Shown here one piece after another: positions 1-9,147 of a DNA stretch of 64,000 nucleotides; position 1 is the stretch's first letter, and each line of letters opens with the position of its first letter. The stretch is from the NCBI GenBank assembly GCA_964648765.1, contig CAZYLF010000003.1, positions 41,676 to 105,675 of the forward strand, in the 5' to 3' direction. Under the pieces are notes generated by a model, which did no database searches, had not been told where the DNA came from, and saw only the letters and a list, made by a program, of their open reading frames with translations. Position numbers and translations under genes: made by a program. Source of the DNA: an uncultured Candidatus Saccharibacteria bacterium. Lineage in GTDB: Bacteria > Patescibacteriota > Minisyncoccia > Phycocordibacterales > JACOZG01.

Positions 1-2469
1 CACTTGGAATGGTACTACTGAATCTAACAGCTCGTCATCTTCATCCGTGTCTCCTTGTTTGCTAACCAAAAACCTGGCAATCGAATTTCCACTTTTTGTA
101 CTTCCGACCAATTCAAAATCGTAGCCCGATGCCTGCAATTCATTTATTGCCTTATCTATCTCAACATCAAATTGGATCTGATTCTCAGATTTATCTATAC
201 CGATAATCCGGCCTTTTAGATTGTTATAGATTATTGGCGCAAACCTATCTGTTTCGTTAAAGAGGACGGGATCACCAATCTTGTAAGTTTGTATACCCCA
301 ATGCACAAGGGCATTTTCGTTGCTGCCTTGAAGAAACTTATTCAGATTGTTTATGCCGTACAGGCCGTCGTAATTTAAACAGAGAATTATTTCATCGTCC
401 TCTGGGGACTCAAAAATGGACTCGTTTAAAACGGTGGTATAGCCATTTCTCGTCATGCTTTCAAGAATATTGTCTTCAAGATTTCTAACCCTGTTCCAAA
501 ATTCAATCAGTTCTTTATTAGTAGTCCGATAAGGAACTGTCAGTTCGGATACAGCAGTCTTGGGTACAAAATATCGCGCAACATTAAACCAGTTTCCGAA
601 TATTATTGATTCTATCTGGAATACGTCACCAACTAATATTAAGGATTTGAACTTTGCCTTGTTCAAAACACCAATCATGTCTGTATTACTAACTGTGCTG
701 CACTCATCAATAATAAGAAGATCAAACTCTGTTTCAGTATTTCGATGAGACAGGAACTTAGCAATCGTTTGAAACGTGCTATTGGGTGCGTTTACCTTTC
801 TCTTCAAGTTATCGATAGCAGGATTGGTATTGGCTAAGTAAAGTTTTTGATTATCATTGAAAAAGTTTGATATGTGCTTTATCAATGTTGATTTTCCTGT
901 ACCCGCCGCACCATATATTAATGCCACCTCGGAATCTGCAAACATCTGTCTTAGGATTCTCTCCTTATCTTCGCAGTCAATTTGATATGCAGATAACTTC
1001 AGCCACGAGTCTACGGAATTCGAGTAGTTGTTTATACCATTCGATGATAACTCTTTAAGTTTTTTAATGATGTCTAAAGTATCTTTTTCATACCCGTTTA
1101 TATAAATAAAATCTTTGAAGGTTTCTAGCTTGCGATGTATGTGCTTGTAGTAGAGCTTTCTGTTGTAGGTGGCGATCAGATTTTCAGCCTCTTCCTTTGT
1201 CTTGGATAAGCCTTCTATAGGTGTATATAGTTTTCCCTTACTCTCTGTGTTGTCCTTTATCAATCTCGCAAAAAGTTCATGTTCTCGATCTGCCGCACTA
1301 ATACACTCAAAAACATCTGAGATCTTGGGATTGTGCCCTTTCAGTGAGGAGTTGAAAGGCATCGTATCGAATGGCTTACATCCAAGATTAAGATTCAAAT
1401 CTTCTCGAAGCTTGTATCCGCCATAATAGCTGCGCTGCAGCTTTATAATTCTATTATTTAAAGAGCGCAGTAAATATCTAACTACGTTAGTGCCAACTTC
1501 ATTACCCCTGACCAAGGCTTTGGCTTTCTCTAAAACATTCAAAAAATGTACTACCTGTACACCCTGAGCAATACGATTTTTTGCGCCATCATAGTAATCA
1601 TCTGGGAGATCAATAATTTCGACGAGACTTAGGCTAGTCTCTGTCAAAAAACTCATCAAATTTTTGTATTCCGCACTCTTTGACTGAACATCTATATTCT
1701 CGCCCAAAATGCGAGCAAAGTTGTTAAGTTCGCAGGGTCGAATGGAAACCTCCCATTTATCAATGATGTGAATAGGCATCTTTTTGCCCAAAACCTCAAT
1801 ATCGTCGTGTATTACAGAAAGCTTAACCGCGTAATTATCGGAAATATCTAGCTTGGTAAAAGCGATGACTCTATCAAACTTACTGATTTGTGCACTCGCT
1901 ATTGTAAAAGTGACTTCGTAGTATATTTCGTGCTTAACAAAAAGTGGTTTGATTTTTTGGATATAGTACCGATCTCTATAGGGGCTTACCTTTCTTGCTT
2001 TTGTTGGGTGTTCGATTCTCTCAACTATCTTTTCGTAGTATTCCTGCAAGGCAAGGTCAGTGTTTATCGGGAACTTATCGATATTACTTAAAACGTCTAA
2101 GCCATAGGTATTCTTGAGACGAGATTTAATCCTGATTAAATACTCATAATATTTCAACATTAGACGTTCCGAGTTTTCTTCGCTCTGTGTGTAGTGCGAC
2201 GCGACACCCTGCAAAAAATTATGAAACCTTCTCAGATATCCCAAAGACCCTTTTGGCTGCAATCTATTTGGAGCGTTTATTAAACCATCAGACGTAATCT
2301 CTATATCTTGTCCGTTAGCTTCTTCTTTTAAGGCAATATGCTCGACGAAGTTCCTAAGCTGAGACAGGATATTCTGCGACAAAAGACCTCTTTCTGAGGC
2401 GTGGAATTTATCGATATTTTTACAGATTGCTGTATCGATAGTTAGTATTTCGCTATCCAGTCTATTCAT
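1..2469 (-). CDS. SF1B RecD-like ATP-dependent helicase with long N-terminal domain (3' end runs off window; absent from ORF track)
   Basis: Spot translation from ATG at 2469 (MNRLDSEILTIDTAICKNIDKF...). Walker A YGAAGTGKS (~890-915), Walker B LIIDECS (~700-720), motif III LVGDVFQIESI. Confidence 0.8.
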   Translation of the reverse strand, partial: MNRLDSEILTIDTAICKNIDKFHASERGLLSQNILSQLRNFVEHIALKEEANGQDIEITSDGLINAPNRLQPKGSLGYLRRFHNFLQGVASHYTQSEENSERLMLKYYEYLIRIKSRLKNTYGLDVLSNIDKFPINTDLALQEYYEKIVERIEHPTKARKVSPYRDRYYIQKIKPLFVKHEIYYEVTFTIASAQISKFDRVIAFTKLDISDNYAVKLSVIHDDIEVLGKKMPIHIIDKWEVSIRPCELNNFARILGENIDVQSKSAEYKNLMSFLTETSLSLVEIIDLPDDYYDGAKNRIAQGVQVVHFLNVLEKAKALVRGNEVGTNVVRYLLRSLNNRIIKLQRSYYGGYKLREDLNLNLGCKPFDTMPFNSSLKGHNPKISDVFECISAADREHELFARLIKDNTESKGKLYTPIEGLSKTKEEAENLIATYNRKLYYKHIHRKLETFKDFIYINGYEKDTLDIIKKLKELSSNGINNYSNSVDSWLKLSAYQIDCEDKERILRQMFADSEVALIYGAAGTGKSTLIKHISNFFNDNQKLYLANTNPAIDNLKRKVNAPNSTFQTIAKFLSHRNTETEFDLLIIDECSTVSNTDMIGVLNKAKFKSLILVGDVFQIESIIFGNWFNVARYFVPKTAVSELTVPYRTTNKELIEFWNRVRNLEDNILESMTRNGYTTVLNESIFESPEDDEIILCLNYDGLYGINNLNKFLQGSNENALVHWGIQTYKIGDPVLFNETDRFAPIIYNNLKGRIIGIDKSENQIQFDVEIDKAINELQASGYDFELVGSTKSGNSIARFLVSKQGDTDEDDELLDSVVPFQV

Positions 2470-2663
2470 AACTAGAATTATACTGTGAGTAGATTAATTT
2501 GGGCCACTGTCGGGGATACAAAATAAAATCTCTCTACCCCTCTAGATACTTCGATACTTCTCTAGGCTGCTGACCGACTAGGACTAGAATTAAACCCAAA
2601 TTACGCCCAAACTATATACCTAAGATGGGAATTGTCCAATGATTTTGCGAGGAGAGATCGGGT

Positions 2664-3104
2664 CTAAATCCTCCGGCTATCGTAGGCCCAGTGGAGGAGG
2701 GCTTGGCGTTGCACCGGGCGACACAGAGTGTCGCCCGGACGGCAGTTGTGGGCAATTTGGGCCAGGTGGCGGCGCATGTTTTGCCAGCGTTTAATTTGTC
2801 TCTCATCCTCTTTTGGCAAACGTCGGCCGAGATAATAACGGCAATACCACTCAAACCACCCCCGCGGATCCACCTCATTGATCCAACCCTTCTTCTGCCA
2901 CACGGCCAGCGATTGGCTCGCATTAACGCCAAAATAATTTAATTCTTTATGCCGCTTACCATCCGGCGAGAGTTTAGCCTTGCGCCACCAACTCTTAGGA
3001 TACTCAGCAGGCTTATCGCCAAAATATAGCCCACCAAACACGCCGAGCTCAAGCATCTCCTTGGGCGTTAAGTCCGGTTTAAAATCTGGGTGGAATGGCT
3101 TCAT
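2664..3104 (-). CDS. conserved hypothetical protein (PDLTPKEMLELGVFGG / DPRGWFEWYCRY family)
   Basis: Recognisable conserved motif pattern; function unknown. Confidence 0.7.
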   Translation of the reverse strand: MKPFHPDFKPDLTPKEMLELGVFGGLYFGDKPAEYPKSWWRKAKLSPDGKRHKELNYFGVNASQSLAVWQKKGWINEVDPRGWFEWYCRYYLGRRLPKEDERQIKRWQNMRRHLAQIAHNCRPGDTLCRPVQRQALLHWAYDSRRI

Positions 3105-3159
3105 CAATCTGATTCTACAACCTCCTCACCTCTTCGGCGAGTTATGCTAGGATAAAGTT

Positions 3160-4431
3160 ATGAAAAATGAGGGTGGGAAAATAGAGGAAATAGTGTGGGA
3201 TGTGGCCGTGATTGGCGGTGGGCCAGCGGGCATGATGGCGGCCGCGCGCGCGGCGGAACGTGGCGCGCGGGTTGTGTTGCTTGAGAAGAATGAGGGCTTG
3301 GGTAAAAAGCTCTTAATCACCGGTGGTGGGCGTTGCAATGTGACCAATGGCGAACACGACGACCGCAAACTGCTGGAGAAGTTTGGCGAGGCGGGTAAAT
3401 ATCTTTTCTCCACCTTCTCACAATGGAGTGTAGACGAGACTTTAAACTTTTTCTGGAGTCGCGGGATGCAGACTTGGGTGGAGAATGAGTTGCGCATCTT
3501 CCCTCTCTCCAACAAGGCCGAGAGCGTGTGGCAAGTGTTGGTGGATTATCTTAAACAAAATAAAGTTGAAATAATTTCAAAAGCTGAAGTGATTGGGCTA
3601 GAGCAAAAAAATGGTTTAGTAACTGGCGCAATTTTAAAAAATAAAAAGGTGATAAGGGCTAAAAACTTTATCTTAGCCACTGGTGGCAAGTCGCACCCCG
3701 AGACGGGCTCCACTGGCGAAGGCTTCGCTTGGCTGGCCACGCTCGGTCACACCATCATCAATCCCACCGCCTCACTTGTGCCTATTAAGTCGCGCGATGA
3801 GTGGGTCAAAAAGTTGCAAGGCGTCACGCTCAAAGATATTAAAATTACTTTGTATCAAAATGGTGTTAAGCAAACTAAGCCGAAGGTAGGTAAAATCCTC
3901 TTCACTCATTTTGGCGTCAGTGGCCCTACGATCCTAAACCTAAGCTCCGAGGTTGGCGAGCTACTTAAATATGGCGAAGTGATAATTTCTCTCGACCTCT
4001 TCCCTAAACTTAGTCACGAGACAGTGGATGATATGTTGCAAAAGATCCACACCGAGCACAGTGCCAAAATGTTAAAAAATAGTTTAGCTGAATTTATTAT
4101 GCCTGCGCTGGTGAGCGGCGTGCTCGAGATGGCGCAAGTTAACGGCAACGCCTTCGGTCACACGCTCGGGCGTGAGTCTCGACTTGAGGTGGTTAAAACT
4201 CTTAAAGCTCTCCCCATCCGCGTGAGTGGTTTGCTCGGAGAAGATAAGGCCATTGTGACCTCCGGCGGCGTGAAGCTAGATGAAGTTAACTTTAAAACTA
4301 TGAGCTCCCGCCTCATCCCCAATCTCCACCTTGTCGGCGACCTCTTAAACATCAACCGCCCCAGCGGCGGCTTCAGTCTCCAACTCTGCTGGACCACCGG
4401 TTATGTGGCCGGGAATTCCATATTAATTTAG
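3160..4431 (+). CDS. HI0933/YhiN(BaiN)-family FAD-dependent oxidoreductase
   Basis: GGGPAG dinucleotide fold, KLLITGGGRCNVTN, LFTHFGVSGP, GGFSLQ motifs. Confidence 0.9.
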   Translation: MKNEGGKIEEIVWDVAVIGGGPAGMMAAARAAERGARVVLLEKNEGLGKKLLITGGGRCNVTNGEHDDRKLLEKFGEAGKYLFSTFSQWSVDETLNFFWSRGMQTWVENELRIFPLSNKAESVWQVLVDYLKQNKVEIISKAEVIGLEQKNGLVTGAILKNKKVIRAKNFILATGGKSHPETGSTGEGFAWLATLGHTIINPTASLVPIKSRDEWVKKLQGVTLKDIKITLYQNGVKQTKPKVGKILFTHFGVSGPTILNLSSEVGELLKYGEVIISLDLFPKLSHETVDDMLQKIHTEHSAKMLKNSLAEFIMPALVSGVLEMAQVNGNAFGHTLGRESRLEVVKTLKALPIRVSGLLGEDKAIVTSGGVKLDEVNFKTMSSRLIPNLHLVGDLLNINRPSGGFSLQLCWTTGYVAGNSILI

Positions 4432-4752
4432 AATTACAACTAGGATTTTAATAACAATATAAATAAGTAAAATAAATTCGAGAGCGTGGCGAAGAAAGTG
4501 GAACTTTAGATCATCAGCAACTGTGCCTGAATGCATATATAGTTCAAAATGTTCAGCAAGCCGACCGACAAGCGATAAGACTAAAGCCGCAAACAATGTT
4601 CCTCTAAAAATGAACGGAGTCATAAGCGCGAGACCATCTGCTCCCAGCAGATGAGGCAACACTTTGATCAGCCAATAAAATTCTGAAATAAAAACGTAAG
4701 CCGTAACGACAATTATCGTTACTTTTTTTACTGAATTAGTTGCTCTGCCCAT
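4423..4752 (-). CDS. small membrane protein, about 3 TM
   Basis: ATG ORF with hydrophobic segments. Confidence 0.55.
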   Translation of the reverse strand: MGRATNSVKKVTIIVVTAYVFISEFYWLIKVLPHLLGADGLALMTPFIFRGTLFAALVLSLVGRLAEHFELYMHSGTVADDLKFHFLRHALEFILLIYIVIKILVVILN

Positions 4753-4860
4753 TTTTATTTATCTTAACATAATTAACAACTTACGAAATAATTAAAAAAC
4801 ACCCCGAGATACATAAAGCATCTCGGGGTGGTCTGCGTTTAACTCATCAAGTGACATCTA

Positions 4861-5577
4861 CTAATGATAATGAACGTCATCCATACTGAAGCTTGGTGAA
4901 CACAAGCAGAGCGCCACCAAGTACTGATCGTTGTTGTTGCGGATTGCGTGAGGTGAGCCAGTGCTAATCTCCACCCAATCACCAGCCATCGCCTGTCCGA
5001 TCTCTCCATCAACCTCGATCACGCCCGAACCCTCCACCACATACACAAACTCTGTGGTCCGCTGGTGATAATGCGGTTTTTTGTGCCGGGCTGGATCATT
5101 GATCACCCAACCGAAGGCCAAACTCAAATTGAGGCTGGGGAAGTCGTAGGGGATGATCTTGGCGCCGTCAAAGCACTCAACGACGGCTGGGAGGAGATGT
5201 GGCTCGCTCACTGGTCGCCAGTGACTTTGCTCACCCAACACTTGCACATCGGTAGGGTCAAACGGTGGTAGGGCCAACACCAAATGCTCCAAGCTGGTGG
5301 CACCGGTGTTAAAAAACTGATGCGGCGTCTTGGCGGGGATAGAGATCACAGAACCGGCCTGCACCTGGTAGGACTGACTACCGATCACCAAATTGCCACA
5401 ACCCCGAGTGATGGCATAAACCTCGACCATCCGCTCGTGCTGATGGAGGAGGGAAAAAGCACCGGGATTCATCAGGACGTGGGCTACACTCATAAAGGGA
5501 TCTCGATAAACTTCCCTCAGTAACTGATCGCACACATTGGCCGCTAGCGGCAGGGCGGGGACACTGATTTTCTTCAC
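4861..5577 (-). CDS. tandem (bi)cupin protein
   Basis: Two cupin motifs (HQH..E...G...PH and HYH..TE...G...PH). GTG start with AGGAG SD; terminator hairpin 4800-4830. Confidence 0.85.
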   Translation of the reverse strand: MKKISVPALPLAANVCDQLLREVYRDPFMSVAHVLMNPGAFSLLHQHERMVEVYAITRGCGNLVIGSQSYQVQAGSVISIPAKTPHQFFNTGATSLEHLVLALPPFDPTDVQVLGEQSHWRPVSEPHLLPAVVECFDGAKIIPYDFPSLNLSLAFGWVINDPARHKKPHYHQRTTEFVYVVEGSGVIEVDGEIGQAMAGDWVEISTGSPHAIRNNNDQYLVALCLCSPSFSMDDVHYH

Positions 5578-5732
5578 TCTTTGCTCCTATGTTAGAGATC
5601 TGATCGTTCCTATTTAGATCCTACCTGATTACCTCACTCTTTACAACTAGGTCCAAAGTCTGTATTTAAATTAAAATCGCCACGCACCGCATGGTGCATG
5701 GCGATTGTGTGACGGTGATTAAGATTTGCGTC

Positions 5733-6254
5733 TCAATCCCCTGTCTTCACTTCTTCCTTTTTCTTCTCACCCTTAAACGCATCCTTGATGATACCTGTTG
5801 CTTTTACTGCGCCGTTGGCCGCACCAGTGAATGCACCTTCAACAATGTTGCCAGTAACCTTACCCGCGTTATCGCGGATCCCTGCGCCAATGCCAGCAAA
5901 ATTGTTGACCTTTCTGTAGGCAATGAGATCATCATTGCTCCCAAATTGACAATCTTTGCCGGCACTCCTGACAGTAAAATTTTCCTTTACAGCGGATACG
6001 GGGTAAAGAACCTTGATCTTTGTGCCCCACGGATCAATGTCAGCAATCGCGTCACCAGCAGCATGGTCGTAACCTGCACCATCTCGCTTGGTCTCCAAGA
6101 TGTCTGCGGTGTGACTTACCAGGGCTCGCGCGGTGGCGTTCTTGGCGCGATCTTCTGCGCCGCTGAACCAGAGAAATAGAGCAACAACACACGCGGCCAT
6201 AAGGGCGACAGCAGTTAAAATAGCACTTGATCCAGAATTACGAGTGTTCGACAT
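5733..6254 (-). CDS. membrane-anchored GspG/pseudopilin C-terminal-like protein
   Basis: N-terminal TM; DPWG...RSAGKD.QFGSNDDL motif typical of the T2SS-G C-terminal domain. ATG 6254 has a GGAGGA SD. Confidence 0.55.
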   Translation of the reverse strand: MSNTRNSGSSAILTAVALMAACVVALFLWFSGAEDRAKNATARALVSHTADILETKRDGAGYDHAAGDAIADIDPWGTKIKVLYPVSAVKENFTVRSAGKDCQFGSNDDLIAYRKVNNFAGIGAGIRDNAGKVTGNIVEGAFTGAANGAVKATGIIKDAFKGEKKKEEVKTGD

Positions 6255-6415
6255 TCCAAATCCTCCCAAATTAAGGTCCACACCAGGCCAACATTTGGCC
6301 TTTTTATCAACTTCGACTATAGCATTATTACCTCCAATTGTCAAATACCATATCACCGGCGACCTAGCCACCAGATTAAAAACTGCAATCAACGAGATCG
6401 ATAAGATTTTAGTTT

Positions 6416-6449
6416 AAAAAAACAGCAGGAACGTAGTGGTTCCTGCTGT
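6416..6449 (-). terminator. intrinsic terminator ending the Ubl operon
   Basis: ACAGCAGGAAC/GTTCCTGCTGT inverted repeat followed by a T-run on the minus strand. Confidence 0.75.
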
Positions 6450-6475
6450 AGTAACATAACAATCAAAACAAAGAG

Positions 6476-6757
6476 CTAATTCCCCCGAATCTTGGCAATA
6501 GCAAGAATTGTGTCACCAGACTCAACAAAGTCATCTAGACTGGCCTCTTGCCCATTACGCTGAAGTTCACATTTGTCGATATTCTTAATTCCGACTTTTG
6601 TGAAAAGTTCACGAATGCTGATCTTTTTTGTTATCGGAACCTCCTTGATCTCTCCAGGAATTTTTCCGATACTAACAATTGCATCTTTCTGAATAATGCG
6701 CACATCAGGCAAACTTTCAACCGGCTCTTCCATAAATTCCTTTATCCTATTGCTCAT
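6476..6757 (-). CDS. ubiquitin-like beta-grasp protein (ThiS/MoaD-like), C-terminus -IRGN
   Basis: NG.EASLDD.V..GDTI.....RG pattern, AAGGAG SD, last gene of the E2-JAB-E1 operon. Confidence 0.75.
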   Translation of the reverse strand: MSNRIKEFMEEPVESLPDVRIIQKDAIVSIGKIPGEIKEVPITKKISIRELFTKVGIKNIDKCELQRNGQEASLDDFVESGDTILAIAKIRGN

Positions 6758-6783
6758 TTGATTCTCCTTTCAGAATCTGAGGT

Positions 6784-7467
6784 TCAGTAACTTTTACTAA
6801 GAACCATCAAGGGTGACAAAGAAACAATCGCCTCATTTGCAAACTTTTTGTTGTTCACAAAGTTGATCATTGTAAACACTGCCATACCAGCCAAAGTGGC
6901 TACGGTTGGTGCAATTGCCCTTCTCGTACAGGCACTTTCTTCCGCTTCGGCATCAGAATACAGGGTTTTTTCATAAGCTGCAATCTGTTGCGGCATCGCT
7001 GGCTTGATAGCGTAGATTCTCCCCCCTTCAGCTTCCATTCGTGTCTCAATCATCAGGTCAACTTTTAGTTGCAAGCGAATTGAGGATTCCCAAATTGTCT
7101 TCCTACTTTCCATTGTGTCGGTAAGTACGAAAACAATTCCCTTAAGCGATCCCTTGGTAAACTTCTTAGAGACCGTTTTGATCTTGATGCCAGTGCCGGC
7201 TTCAACTGCTTCGGCCAAGGCTTCGACTTTCTTTTTTCCGACATCTCCAAGGCCAAAGACCTGATTTGGCAGATTATGATTCTCTACCTCATCAAAGTCA
7301 TAGACTGTGATGTCTTTACACCCCATCTTGGCCAAGAGCCAAACGATGTAGGAGCCGGTTGCACCGACGCCGATCACCGTGATTGGTTTCTTGAAGTTTG
7401 ACGGAGAAAAGATGTCGAGCTGGCGCCAATAGTCAGGTTCACTTTTTACGGTTTTTCCGCGCGGCAT
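6784..7467 (-). CDS. E1/ThiF-family adenylyltransferase
   Basis: RQ..., GVGATGS, DFDEVENHNLPNQ, KVEAL, TDTMESR, candidate catalytic Cys in SACTRR. ATG 7467 has a GGAGG SD. Confidence 0.9.
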   Translation of the reverse strand: MPRGKTVKSEPDYWRQLDIFSPSNFKKPITVIGVGATGSYIVWLLAKMGCKDITVYDFDEVENHNLPNQVFGLGDVGKKKVEALAEAVEAGTGIKIKTVSKKFTKGSLKGIVFVLTDTMESRKTIWESSIRLQLKVDLMIETRMEAEGGRIYAIKPAMPQQIAAYEKTLYSDAEAEESACTRRAIAPTVATLAGMAVFTMINFVNNKKFANEAIVSLSPLMVLSKSY

Positions 7468-8107
7468 TTTTTCCTCCCTTCTCATAGAATGAGCCAGCTT
7501 TGACCTTGTCCTTAATCTCTTTGGCAATCGCTTTGCGCCGTTTGTCATCTCCGAGATGCATTTGCCAAGGACAATCGGTGATTTTTACATTTTTTGTGTA
7601 ATCAAAAAAATCGAAAACACATTTTCCTTCTCGAGTAAAAATACCACGGATAAAAAATGGATTGTGAGCAAATAGCTCCATCTGGTCATCATCCTGACCT
7701 GAAGGTTCAGTCATGTCCCCAGGATGCAAATGTCCCCAGAAAAGTAGGGAATTAAGAATTTTTTTGTTTGCTGTATCCCTTTGCAACATATCAGTGTAGA
7801 ACTTGCCAATACTTGCTTGATCAAACTCACAATGAGTGCCACTCACTTGCTGATCAAAAAGGAATACCTTTTCGATGAGATAATGGCCGTCATCCAATTT
7901 ATTAACCGTACCGAGCCAACCCACCTCATCGTTACCTGCGGCCTCCATGATGTAGTGCGTATCGGTATACGCCTCAAGTGACAAGAGAATGGTTGGGGTT
8001 ACGACTTCGACCATCGATTGGATTTGCGGTTCTGCCTCGTGAGGGAACAACGGTTTGACTGGTTCCTCCTCAAGTAACATTCCATGGTTTTGACTTGATG
8101 ACCTCAT
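7439..8107 (-). CDS. JAB/MPN+ (JAMM) metallopeptidase
   Basis: E(VGW)...WGHLHP...PSGQD fits E-x-HxH-x7-S-x2-D. ATGA overlap with the upstream gene. Confidence 0.85.
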   Translation of the reverse strand: MRSSSQNHGMLLEEEPVKPLFPHEAEPQIQSMVEVVTPTILLSLEAYTDTHYIMEAAGNDEVGWLGTVNKLDDGHYLIEKVFLFDQQVSGTHCEFDQASIGKFYTDMLQRDTANKKILNSLLFWGHLHPGDMTEPSGQDDDQMELFAHNPFFIRGIFTREGKCVFDFFDYTKNVKITDCPWQMHLGDDKRRKAIAKEIKDKVKAGSFYEKGGKNAARKNRKK

Positions 8108-9018
8108 TCTTTTTTCTCCTTTCGTTTAGAGATTTTCTTTTCAGAAACTGGCCAATTACTAATTTCTGAATATGGTCCATAGAAACTCGATTTCTCATAA
8201 CTCTTAAGGTACTGAATGCAGACCATTATTACAGCGGGGTACTTGTGCTCAGCAATCATATGGGGAATAACTTCCTGAATATTACCGAGACAAGGTTTAC
8301 CTTCATGATTAACGTGTGGATGGTGATTTCTGCTCCCATATCCATCACTAGCGGAATTTGTTCGATTTATCATCCTCACCCCACCCCGTTCGCCAAGTGT
8401 ATTGATTGTGATCTTGAATTTTCCAATTTCATAATCAACTCGATTGTATCTAATAGTTATCGGTCCTGTGTAGACCAAAATGTTCTTTCCACTAACCTCA
8501 ATCCTCTCAATATCGGGATGCTTAAGTAGACCATTAAATTCATCACCGAATCTTGCGAGCGCGGCATCATCAGTGCCAGAAACAGCTGTAAGCTGTTGCT
8601 GTTTTTCTTCCATTTTACGCAAAAGAGTAACAAGTTGTTCTTGGGATTTTTCAACGGCCGACCGCAGTCTTGATGTCTCGTGCTTGAGAGTACGTAAACG
8701 CTCAGCCTTGCGGTTGTAGCCGCAAAGTTCCATGTATTTGCGCTTCAAGGTGTCATTAGGACTTTTCTTGGACTTCCGTTTGACATCCACATTGCCATTA
8801 TTACTGAATCTGGCCAAATATACGCCCCGGTAGTTCGTCTTAACTTTTGAAATTTGCCGCTCGGTAACACCAAGAATGCCGCAAACTTCACCAAGATCTT
8901 CCATTGGGATCGCCTTGCACACCGTCCCATTAATACTAAGACGGGTGGTTTTGATCCCAGCTAGACTAGCGCCATTTAGACTTTTTTCCGAAAACGCAAT
9001 GAGTGTTTTAGCCTCCAT
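8104..9018 (-). CDS. prokaryotic E2/UBC-like protein with N-terminal extension and coiled coil
   Basis: HPHVNHEGKPCLGN resembles the UBC active site HPN(V/I)xxxGxICL; heptad-like segment at about aa 100-150. Confidence 0.7.
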   Translation of the reverse strand: MEAKTLIAFSEKSLNGASLAGIKTTRLSINGTVCKAIPMEDLGEVCGILGVTERQISKVKTNYRGVYLARFSNNGNVDVKRKSKKSPNDTLKRKYMELCGYNRKAERLRTLKHETSRLRSAVEKSQEQLVTLLRKMEEKQQQLTAVSGTDDAALARFGDEFNGLLKHPDIERIEVSGKNILVYTGPITIRYNRVDYEIGKFKITINTLGERGGVRMINRTNSASDGYGSRNHHPHVNHEGKPCLGNIQEVIPHMIAEHKYPAVIMVCIQYLKSYEKSSFYGPYSEISNWPVSEKKISKRKEKKE

Positions 9019-9147
9019 TTTACCATCCTTCTCCTTTCTTTTTTGAATTATTGATTGTCAAAAACCTTTAATTTAGAGCTTTTTAGGCCCCAAACCTCTG
9101 TTATGATCCAAGCATAAAAAATTAAATTTGTAAAGAGAGTTTGGAAT

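Noticed and set aside
560-2091. Short plus-strand ORFs from the track (560, 867, 1169, 1888)
   Set aside because: They are antisense shadows of the helicase. The same applies to most short ORFs opposite core genes, e.g. 62679-63389.
6476-7467. ThiS/ThiF or MoaD/MoeB cofactor biosynthesis
   Set aside because: No GG terminus, no thi/moa genes nearby, E1 lacks the Zn CxxC pairs, and an E2-like gene is co-operonic.
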